A DNA stretch of 64,000 bases from a virus (Duplodnaviria > Caudoviricetes), in the IMG/VR virus record IMGVR_UViG_3300048691_000203, positions 275 through 64,274 of that record. One strand, given 5' to 3'. Each line of letters opens with the position of its first letter. The stretch's first letter is position 1. The translations under genes were made by a program, and so were the position numbers. Positions 48,908 through 56,392 of this stretch are shown here, piece by piece. Below the pieces are notes generated by a model. That model saw nothing but the letters and a program-made list of their open reading frames with translations, was not told the origin of the DNA and made no database searches.

Positions 48908-49726
48908 TCAGTGAATCTTCGCGCCGGCACCCGCACTCTTGCCTTGCAATCGTAGTGAAGCCATAACGTCAATTGACCCACGACCGTCGCTATTCAACCC
49001 TCGTGGTTGAATACGCACTTCCAACTTGGCACTGATATCTTTGAGTACAGGAACATCATCGACTCCTAGCGATTCGCTAATTAGCCGCTGGAGTGCAGAT
49101 GGAACTTTTTTGTCTGATTGAATAACCCACATCTCACTGCCCATCATCATAACCAATATTGAATAGTCTGCACCAGCTCTTGGTTTAAATTTGTGTTTGT
49201 AGTGAGTCAAAATTTGATCACCGAGTGTACTAGATTCTATATTCGCAAGTTGGAAGTTATCTGTTCCAGCTGCAAATTCCCGCAGCTTAATTTTTCGTTC
49301 GGCGTTGTCTTTAATAAAATTCAGAGACCCAGAGCTAATCTTATCTACCTCTGGACCGACATATTTTTTAAGATCAACTAACAAACGCTTGCCGTTATTG
49401 ATACAAACTTCGCTCTCATTCATCAGCGCCAACAACTCTTGTTTCTCGTTAGAATTTTCAGCTGGTGAAGTAAACTTAGACCCATCGAATATCCAATCGC
49501 GCATAGAACCCATCTGAGCAGATCGATTCATCTTATACTCGATGTGTAAATCGACCCGTTTACCGTCGATTTCAATACTCAATCCAAAGTCTGGAAAAGC
49601 AACCGCTGAACCAGCTGGTTCAGCAAATGACTTGAATCCCTTTGCTATAAACTTATTAAAGGCAGCTACCTCTTCTGCATTTGCATTACTACCTTCAAAA
49701 AGTGCGTGTGTGAACAGTGAAACCAT
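48908..49726 (-). CDS. PD-(D/E)xK restriction-endonuclease-like protein, putative internal head protein
   Basis: 'FPDF.....(13 aa)..IEYK' catalytic pattern with upstream 'AEE' helix; leader 'MVSLFTHALFE|G'; minus-strand TAAATA at 49752-49757. Confidence 0.6.
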   Translation of the reverse strand: MVSLFTHALFEGSNANAEEVAAFNKFIAKGFKSFAEPAGSAVAFPDFGLSIEIDGKRVDLHIEYKMNRSAQMGSMRDWIFDGSKFTSPAENSNEKQELLALMNESEVCINNGKRLLVDLKKYVGPEVDKISSGSLNFIKDNAERKIKLREFAAGTDNFQLANIESSTLGDQILTHYKHKFKPRAGADYSILVMMMGSEMWVIQSDKKVPSALQRLISESLGVDDVPVLKDISAKLEVRIQPRGLNSDGRGSIDVMASLRLQGKSAGAGAKIH

Positions 49727-49731
49727 GGTCG

Positions 49732-50061
49732 TTAATTAGTTGTGTTGGTACTATTTATTGTGCCTGGGCACACTCGACCACAATACTTATTGTATGAATT
49801 GCGGTAACTATTGAACGTAACAAACTTGCCGCAACCACTGCATCCTGGTGGTTCGGATACATCATGCACCAAACAATGGACTCGCTCTCTGATTGATTCC
49901 TCTGTCCATGGATATAATTCCCGCAGCATATAGAATAATTTTGGAACGTGGACAACTTTTGTATCCCAGTGTGGGTTGATGACAACGGCACTTCCCCGCT
50001 TTCTGATTAGAATTTGCTCCGCCAATAATAAGTTTAGTAATTGATCTCTATCGAGTGACAT
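49732..50061 (-). CDS. Small Zn-ribbon protein (possible homing endonuclease DNA-binding remnant)
   Basis: 'P.C..CGK...F......Y.KYC...C'; minus-strand TAAATA at 50097-50102. Confidence 0.5.
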   Translation of the reverse strand: MSLDRDQLLNLLLAEQILIRKRGSAVVINPHWDTKVVHVPKLFYMLRELYPWTEESIRERVHCLVHDVSEPPGCSGCGKFVTFNSYRNSYNKYCGRVCPGTINSTNTTN

Positions 50062-50129
50062 CACACATCGTCCTGCACGCACTAATTAGACGCCACTATT
50101 TATGCGATAGTCTATACAAAAATCATGAG

Positions 50130-50146
50130 GGTATATAAATAATACC
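50130..50146 (+). promoter_or_regulatory. T4-type late promoter TATAAATA (50134-50141) for tail sheath within GGTAT/ATACC arms
   Basis: GGTAT-ATAAATA-ATACC; SD AAGGA before ATG 50172. Confidence 0.7.
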
Positions 50147-50171
50147 GCCCAAACTATAAAGGAATTTTAAC

Positions 50172-52289
50172 ATGGCATCTTTGGTATCCCCTGGTGTAAT
50201 CACGACTCTGACAGATGAGTCGATGTACATCCCTGCCGTAGCAGATACGGTCCCATTGTTCTTTATCGCTACTCAAGAAGATAAATTGCAATCTGACGGC
50301 ATCAACACAGCCCTCGGTACAGTCGAATCTAATGTCGTCCGTACAATTACCTCTCTCACTCAATCGCTGCAAGTATACGGAATACCATCATTCTTGAAAG
50401 CTGCAAACGGTAGCCCACTGCACGGCTCTGCATTGAATGAGTATGGTCTGTATACCCTTAATCGTTACCTAGGAATTGGTGACCTTGCGTACGTAATTCG
50501 TGCAAACGTCAATCTCCAAGACAACTACACTGTAATCAGCTCACGCTGGGCTCTGAAAGTAGCAACTGCCGCTGCTGAATTGACTGCCCTATCAGACGCG
50601 TACCTTGCATCTTATAACATGCAGAATGGCTACAATGTTGGTGATGTTGGATTCCGCGACACTGTCAGCAATGCAGAATTATTGACATTCACTCAACAAG
50701 TGATGCAACCTATATTCTCAGAGAACACATTTGCTCGCGCAGAGTTTGACTTCTATGATGACTCAGCTACTCCTGCACTGACAACCGCTGGCTTTCAAGG
50801 AATTGATTTCACTGCCGGTTTGACGACACCAACGCTGCCAACTGGTCTCAACAACAATGCGAGTGTGTACACAGCATCTATTGTTGTAAACGGCGTGCCA
50901 CGCTTGATTTCGCTGATCGGAGCAAACGCACAAAACTTTACCAACTTGTTGATCCAAGTCAATGCAGACTTAGCTGGAACAGCTAATATTGCAATAGTCG
51001 GCGGCAACTTAGTAGTCACAAGTACTGCTGTGGGTTCACTGAGCTCAATTGTAATCAATGATACTAACTTATTCTCTAGCCTGAATGGTTACAATTCACT
51101 GGGTGTGCCAATCGCTGGAGCAACTGCTGATACAAGCATTGATGTGTACGCTAATGGCTTCAACCAACCCTATACTACACAGTACATGGGCTACAATGGA
51201 GCAATTACAGCATGGGCACTGGCAGGACCAGGTACAGGATCAGTAGCATCAGAATGGACACCAGCAGAAGCGGGCGCATTCTTGATTGATGCTGCTACCG
51301 AATACAATCAAACGATTATATTTGCCAACAATACTACACTTGGTGCAACAGATGCTATTAAGCGTGCGTCAATTGTCACCGCACTTCAAGCCGTTGTTAA
51401 TAGCAATCAAGAAATTCGCTCTGAATTGTTTGAATACAATATCATCATCTGCCCAGGTTTTCCCGAACTCGCTGATGATCTATTGACACTGTGTGAAGAC
51501 ATTGGTGAAGAGGCAATGGTTATCGGTGAAGTTCCTTTCAACTTGACACCTGAGCAAGCGGCTAACTGGGGTAATGCACCAGCAACATCAGCATCGAGCC
51601 GTAGAGTGCATCGTCAAATTGCGTATTACTACCCTCACGGCATGGGTACCAATGTAGACGGAGCAGATGTATTTGTGCCAGCTTCAGCAATCGCCCTGCG
51701 GACTTACACTTACAACGATGCTAAAGCAGAGTTGTGGTTTGCTCCAGCTGGTGTGCACCGCGGTCAGGTAACAGGTATCACTAGAATTGGTCACGTGACA
51801 GGGACACTGGGTGGCCCAACAACATTCGTTGATATTGCTTTGAACAAAGGCCAACGCAATGCACTGTATCAGTACTACACCAATATTAACCCTATCGCAA
51901 ACATGCCAGGTAGAGGTATGTTAGTGTTTGGCCAAAAGACATCTCAGAGCTATGCATCTGCGCTGGATCGCGTCAACGTTGTTCGGTTGTGTGCTTATAT
52001 CAGACGTCAGGCACGTAAGCTTGGCTTCAGCTATTTGTTTGAGCCGAATGACCAAATCACACGCAACAACTTCAAGTCAGCTATCGAAGGAATGTTGAAA
52101 GACATCCTGGTGAAACGTGGCTTGGTCGATTACATCGTGGTGTGTGACACTAGTAACAACTATGGAATTCGAATCGACAGACATGAGTTGTACTTAGATA
52201 TTGCAATTAAACCAATGCTGGCCGTAGAATTTATCATTATTCCCGTACACGTTGTTGCGCAAGGTGCTGAGATGATCGTGAATACCTAA
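50172..52289 (+). CDS. Tail sheath protein (T4 gp18-like)
   Basis: 'MASLVSPGV', 'WFAPAG..RG', 'INPI', 'FGQKT', 'SALDRVNV.RL', 'LFEPND..TR', 'VVCD.SN', 'EFI.IP'. Confidence 0.96.
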   Translation: MASLVSPGVITTLTDESMYIPAVADTVPLFFIATQEDKLQSDGINTALGTVESNVVRTITSLTQSLQVYGIPSFLKAANGSPLHGSALNEYGLYTLNRYLGIGDLAYVIRANVNLQDNYTVISSRWALKVATAAAELTALSDAYLASYNMQNGYNVGDVGFRDTVSNAELLTFTQQVMQPIFSENTFARAEFDFYDDSATPALTTAGFQGIDFTAGLTTPTLPTGLNNNASVYTASIVVNGVPRLISLIGANAQNFTNLLIQVNADLAGTANIAIVGGNLVVTSTAVGSLSSIVINDTNLFSSLNGYNSLGVPIAGATADTSIDVYANGFNQPYTTQYMGYNGAITAWALAGPGTGSVASEWTPAEAGAFLIDAATEYNQTIIFANNTTLGATDAIKRASIVTALQAVVNSNQEIRSELFEYNIIICPGFPELADDLLTLCEDIGEEAMVIGEVPFNLTPEQAANWGNAPATSASSRRVHRQIAYYYPHGMGTNVDGADVFVPASAIALRTYTYNDAKAELWFAPAGVHRGQVTGITRIGHVTGTLGGPTTFVDIALNKGQRNALYQYYTNINPIANMPGRGMLVFGQKTSQSYASALDRVNVVRLCAYIRRQARKLGFSYLFEPNDQITRNNFKSAIEGMLKDILVKRGLVDYIVVCDTSNNYGIRIDRHELYLDIAIKPMLAVEFIIIPVHVVAQGAEMIVNT

Positions 52290-52300
52290 GCTGGAGAATG

Positions 52301-52360
52301 AACGAGAATAGGTGCTCTATTCTCGTTTTAAAAAAGGTGTCTCCGGGAGACACCTTTTTT
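52301..52360 (+). terminator. Tandem hairpins/terminator after tail sheath
   Basis: AACGAGAATAG/CTATTCTCGTT (52301-52327) followed by AAAAAAGGTGTCTC-CGG-GAGACACCTTTTTT (52330-52360). Confidence 0.85.
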
Positions 52361-52457
52361 GTACCCATCCACTCTGCTGATGATGTTGTCAACAACCAGT
52401 TCCCCAAATATACTGAGAGATTCAGAATACTCCACACATCCGCGTTATATAACTCCA

Positions 52458-53978
52458 ATGGAACCATCCAAAATTAAATGTGTAATTTGTGGGCATGACG
52501 CTCACATCATATCTACAACCCATTTGAAGAAGCACGGTATCAGTGTAGCTGAATATAAGAAGTCGTACCCAACTGCCCCAACAGCATCAGAATCTTTCAA
52601 GCAACAATTAGCAGAACGAAATCGAAATCGAAACCGAGAGCTGGTTGGGACAACACGCAGTGATGAAGTTAAAGCAGCAATTGCCGACACCAAAAAACAA
52701 AAGTACGCTTCAGGTGAAACAACTCCATGGAATCTAGGAATTGCAAGAACAGAGGAGCAAAAGCAACACCAGGCGATCACAATGCAGCAACAGTTTGCTT
52801 CTGGTAGAGTGCACCACATGCTTGACAACCACCACAGTGAAGCTACCAAACAGAAGATAAGTGTGAGCATGAGTGGTAATGTAGTAGGAGAGGCGACTAA
52901 ACAGAAGATGAGAGAGTCTGCTGCGAAACGGCGGAATTCTGGTATTACTCACCCCAAAGCTCAACATATCCCAGCCGCGGTGATGGATATGTTGAACTCT
53001 CGCGATTGGCTATTGGAGCAGCACCACGTTCACAAAAAATCCCTGACACAAATAGCTAAAGAGTGTGGAGTCGACCCATCTCTGGTGGCAAGTCGATGTG
53101 GCGAATACAACGTTGAAATTAAGCGGTATCCTGTATCAACTAATGAACGTGAAATTGTGGAATTTTTGGAATCGATAGGAGTGGCTGTCGAGACAAACAT
53201 AAGAACGATAATTTCACCACACGAACTTGATATATCCATCCCCGAATTCAACGTCGCAATTGAGCACTGTGGATTGTATTGGCACTCATCTACCCACAAA
53301 CACTCACACTACCACGCAGATAAGCTTGCAAAGTGCACCAACATTGGGGTCAGGTTAATTACGATGTTTGAAGATGAGTGGCAATTCAATAGTGGAGTGG
53401 TTAAAGCTAAGTTGGCTCATATTTTGGGTAAGTCTGACAAACTCGCCACCGCCGCTAGAAAATGTTGCGTTGATATCAACGTATCTGCTGTAGAAAAGAA
53501 ACTGTTCCTACAAACAAATCACATTCAGGGAGATGGCCCTGGTAGCATAAACATTGGACTTCGATCTGATGAGGGTGTACTTGTTGCATTAATGTGTTTT
53601 GTTAATAAGGGTTCGGGTGTTGCCCTATTGAACAGGTTCGCCACCTCGTGTAAAGTTCCTGGTGGATTTAGTAAGTTATTGAAAGCGTTTATAACCCAAC
53701 ACTCTAGCTTTAGTCGTATCGAGTCTTTTGCAGATCTAAGATGGAGTACTGGTGATCTCTATCGCAACTCAGGATTCAATCTAGCCACCACAATTCGACC
53801 AGACTATTACTGGGTCAAAGGGTTAATGAGAGAGCACAAATTCAACTTTAGGCACGCTAGATTGAGCACCAGGTTTGAAAATTATGACCCAGAACTAACT
53901 GAAGTTGAAAATTGTAATAGCAATGGATGGCAGCAATTATATGACTGCGGGAAACAAAAGTGGGTAAAAGTGCTCTGA
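52458..53978 (+). CDS. Homing-endonuclease-like protein (Zn finger, NUMOD3 repeats, PD-(D/E)xK, Hef-like C-terminus)
   Basis: 'C.ICG....HLKKHG', 'HSEATKQKIS', 'ELDI.IP...VAIE..G.YWHS', 'NHIQG', 'GGFSKL', 'YDCG'; related to 35624..37279. Confidence 0.75.
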   Translation: MEPSKIKCVICGHDAHIISTTHLKKHGISVAEYKKSYPTAPTASESFKQQLAERNRNRNRELVGTTRSDEVKAAIADTKKQKYASGETTPWNLGIARTEEQKQHQAITMQQQFASGRVHHMLDNHHSEATKQKISVSMSGNVVGEATKQKMRESAAKRRNSGITHPKAQHIPAAVMDMLNSRDWLLEQHHVHKKSLTQIAKECGVDPSLVASRCGEYNVEIKRYPVSTNEREIVEFLESIGVAVETNIRTIISPHELDISIPEFNVAIEHCGLYWHSSTHKHSHYHADKLAKCTNIGVRLITMFEDEWQFNSGVVKAKLAHILGKSDKLATAARKCCVDINVSAVEKKLFLQTNHIQGDGPGSINIGLRSDEGVLVALMCFVNKGSGVALLNRFATSCKVPGGFSKLLKAFITQHSSFSRIESFADLRWSTGDLYRNSGFNLATTIRPDYYWVKGLMREHKFNFRHARLSTRFENYDPELTEVENCNSNGWQQLYDCGKQKWVKVL

Positions 53979-54030
53979 ACACAAAACCTACAATTGCATG
54001 TGATGAGGATGTCTCGTCGGTGGTTTGAGC

Positions 54031-54057
54031 TAGGGGTGATAAATAATATACACCCTA
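54031..54057 (+). promoter_or_regulatory. Late core TAAATA (54040-54045) in the loop of TAG(G)GGTG/CACCCTA hairpin
   Basis: Arms nearly identical to those at 15248-15267. Confidence 0.55.
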
Positions 54058-54071
54058 AATCATACCATACT

Positions 54072-54506
54072 ATGCAGCTAATATTTTGCAAATCACACAA
54101 CCTCACCAGTAAAATAATATCAGCCGCAACTTTCAGTAAATGGTCCCACATTGAATTTTATTTTGGACCAACTGTAATTGGATCCAGTGGGCACTATGGT
54201 GGTGTTGCTGAGCACCCCACACAGTGGTTGTTATCCTCACTTGATTATTATGAAATATGTTCAGTTGAAGTCCCACGCGCTGACCTAGCGGAAGAATTCG
54301 TCAGGGCACAGTTGGGTAAGAAGTATGACTATTCGGCACTGTATGCTCTACCGTTCATTGATCGTGACTGGAGCACACCCGACAAGTGGTTCTGCTCAGA
54401 GTTGGTTGCAGCTGCACTAGAGGTCGGTGGAGTGAATATGTTTAGACGAACCCCAGTGAACCGAGTTACTCCAGCCATGATATACACCTCTCCGCTCCTT
54501 ACTTAA
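54072..54506 (+). CDS. Permuted papain-like NlpC/P60 (YiiX/YaeF-like) amidase
   Basis: His before Cys: 'WSH', 'QLGKKYD', 'WFCSELVA', 'VTP'. Confidence 0.8.
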   Translation: MQLIFCKSHNLTSKIISAATFSKWSHIEFYFGPTVIGSSGHYGGVAEHPTQWLLSSLDYYEICSVEVPRADLAEEFVRAQLGKKYDYSALYALPFIDRDWSTPDKWFCSELVAAALEVGGVNMFRRTPVNRVTPAMIYTSPLLT

Positions 54507-54677
54507 CCTAGATTCTCGGAGGGGTGTAGATAGGATGGAGTCTAATTGTTGACCACAAGTGTGCCCTTAATATATGATATGTCATCTTGACTACATGGTT
54601 GGCTGTTGCCAAAAATTTGCCAAGATGCGACATTCTAAATGTTTAACAATACGATCAACTTGTAGAGGAACCCGACT

Positions 54678-55142
54678 ATGAACATCAACCAAATTATGCA
54701 GATCTATTCCTGGGACGTCGAATCGATGGAACGACTTGATGTATCTGAACTAGACACAGCACTGGTAACTTCACTGAACACACCTGTCCAGTACATCACA
54801 ACACTCATATTTGATAGCACTGGTATATGTATATTCAATAATGTCACATCAGAAGTGCTTCTAGTGGTTCTAGTTCAGTGTGGATTTGATGTGTATGCCA
54901 CCCACACCCACCCGATTGATTACATTCAATCGTATTACGGGAGTGGTTTTAGGATTTGTTCGGAGTCTGAAATATTGGATACACTGTGCCAAATCACTGG
55001 TAAGGCTGTAGATGTAATTGTGCCAATAGAGATCTCGCCTGAAGATCTGGCTGCCTTGGACGATCTTGCAGCTCAGAGCAATATCACCAGAAATGATGTT
55101 GTAACTAAGGCGCTTATTGCCGCTGTTTCGAGCTACAGTTGA
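54678..55142 (+). CDS. Hypothetical protein with C-terminal ribbon-helix-helix-like segment
   Basis: 'VPIEIS.E.L..LD.LA....ITRN.VV..AL'; SD GAGGA. Confidence 0.55.
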   Translation: MNINQIMQIYSWDVESMERLDVSELDTALVTSLNTPVQYITTLIFDSTGICIFNNVTSEVLLVVLVQCGFDVYATHTHPIDYIQSYYGSGFRICSESEILDTLCQITGKAVDVIVPIEISPEDLAALDDLAAQSNITRNDVVTKALIAAVSSYS

Positions 55143-55160
55143 TGTGAGATAATGCACCCC

Positions 55161-55189
55161 GTTGACCTTACTTGAAATTAGGGTATAAT
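55161..55189 (+). promoter_or_regulatory. Early sigma70-type promoter 1
   Basis: gTTGACC-16 nt-TATAAT; spacer ends AATTAGGG. Confidence 0.8.
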
Positions 55190-55224
55190 GGACTCATCTG
55201 TTGAATAGAACTCAGGAAATTAAG

Positions 55225-55554
55225 ATGAAACTTGCTCACCTCATTCAACCAGTCTACGAAGACTGTGTTGTCTTACTGAAAAATCTGCAAAATATGCCTG
55301 TTGCTGTAACCCGTGAAACTATCAACCATGGCGAATCGGGTTTGTTTTTCATGCATGTATTGTTAGATAAGATTTCGAAAAATCGCGCATTTAATGATGA
55401 TCACCCATGCTTCAGCAATGGAACATGGAAACGCTTCTTGCCTTACGACAACCGTGAATATTGCTTTTACTACGTCGATGGGACAAATGACGATCACGTG
55501 GACACTTTGCTTCGTGCGGTAAAGAAAAAGCTTCATGAAAACAACCTGCTTTAA
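55225..55554 (+). CDS. Hypothetical early protein
   Basis: SD AGGA, ATG 55225, downstream of promoter 1. Confidence 0.65.
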   Translation: MKLAHLIQPVYEDCVVLLKNLQNMPVAVTRETINHGESGLFFMHVLLDKISKNRAFNDDHPCFSNGTWKRFLPYDNREYCFYYVDGTNDDHVDTLLRAVKKKLHENNLL

Positions 55555-55583
55555 TAATCCACCAGTCAGAACTCTAAACACGC

Positions 55584-55612
55584 GTTGACCTTGCTCAAAA
55601 TTAGGGTATAAT
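55584..55612 (+). promoter_or_regulatory. Early sigma70-type promoter 2 (leaderless transcript predicted)
   Basis: gTTGACC-16 nt-TATAAT (55607-55612); ATG at 55619. Confidence 0.8.
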
Positions 55613-55618
55613 AGACTC

Positions 55619-56098
55619 ATGACAACAAAAAACCTCACCTCTCCTACTCCAAACGACATGTTATTGTTGGCTGCATTAGCTCACACTGGGCAAGTTGATA
55701 AGGCTGGGGCTCCATACATTCGTCACCCAATAGCTGTGATGAATCTATTGGATTCGAGTGCAGATGATGAACTTCGTTGTATGGCACTGGGGCATGATTT
55801 ACTCGAAGATACGACTGTAACTGCTGAGGATTTAATCGAATATGGGTTTTCGCGGCGTGTCGTTGATGGAATTATTGGACTGACAAAAGTGCCGGGTGAA
55901 AGCCGCCGCAAAAAAATGACCAGATTGACCACATCACCAGATGTTATTCGGGTTAAATTGGCTGACCTACAGCATAATATGGACACGAGTAGATTCCCAC
56001 TGGATTATGTGCTCACTCCCAAAGATGTTGCACGTCTTACTGAATATGTAAAAATGACGGAAGAATTAACCCTCGCCCTTACTGAAAATAAGTGTTGA
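55619..56098 (+). CDS. HD-domain small alarmone hydrolase-like protein (RelA/SpoT HD, Mesh1-like)
   Basis: 'AH.GQ.DK.G.PY..HP', 'HD.LEDT', 'VKLAD..HN'. Confidence 0.85.
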   Translation: MTTKNLTSPTPNDMLLLAALAHTGQVDKAGAPYIRHPIAVMNLLDSSADDELRCMALGHDLLEDTTVTAEDLIEYGFSRRVVDGIIGLTKVPGESRRKKMTRLTTSPDVIRVKLADLQHNMDTSRFPLDYVLTPKDVARLTEYVKMTEELTLALTENKC

Positions 56099-56122
56099 CT
56101 CTAATCAAAATTAGGGCATAAT
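56094..56122 (+). promoter_or_regulatory. Early sigma70-type promoter 3
   Basis: gTTGACT-16 nt-CATAAT followed by AGGTCCCAAGAGCAA. Confidence 0.75.
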
Positions 56123-56161
56123 AGGTCCCAAGAGCAAGAAAACCAACAAAGGAAATTAAAA

Positions 56162-56383
56162 ATGAAACATGTAATTTATGGTTGCGAACTAAAATTTGTT
56201 GTGGTCAATACTTCTGAGTGCGATTTTGAAGTCTGTGAAGATGGGACTATTAAACGAGAATATGGTGGTGAGTTTACGTTCTCAGGAGTTGACTATTTTG
56301 ATGATGACTTCATCAATGAAGTCATCGCTTGTGGTTTAAATTGTTTGAATGCCGTTCCACGCAATCACCCGCACCTTTCGTAG
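56162..56383 (+). CDS. Hypothetical early protein
   Basis: SD AAGGA; 73 aa. Confidence 0.6.
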   Translation: MKHVIYGCELKFVVVNTSECDFEVCEDGTIKREYGGEFTFSGVDYFDDDFINEVIACGLNCLNAVPRNHPHLS

Positions 56384-56392
56384 GAAATTAAA

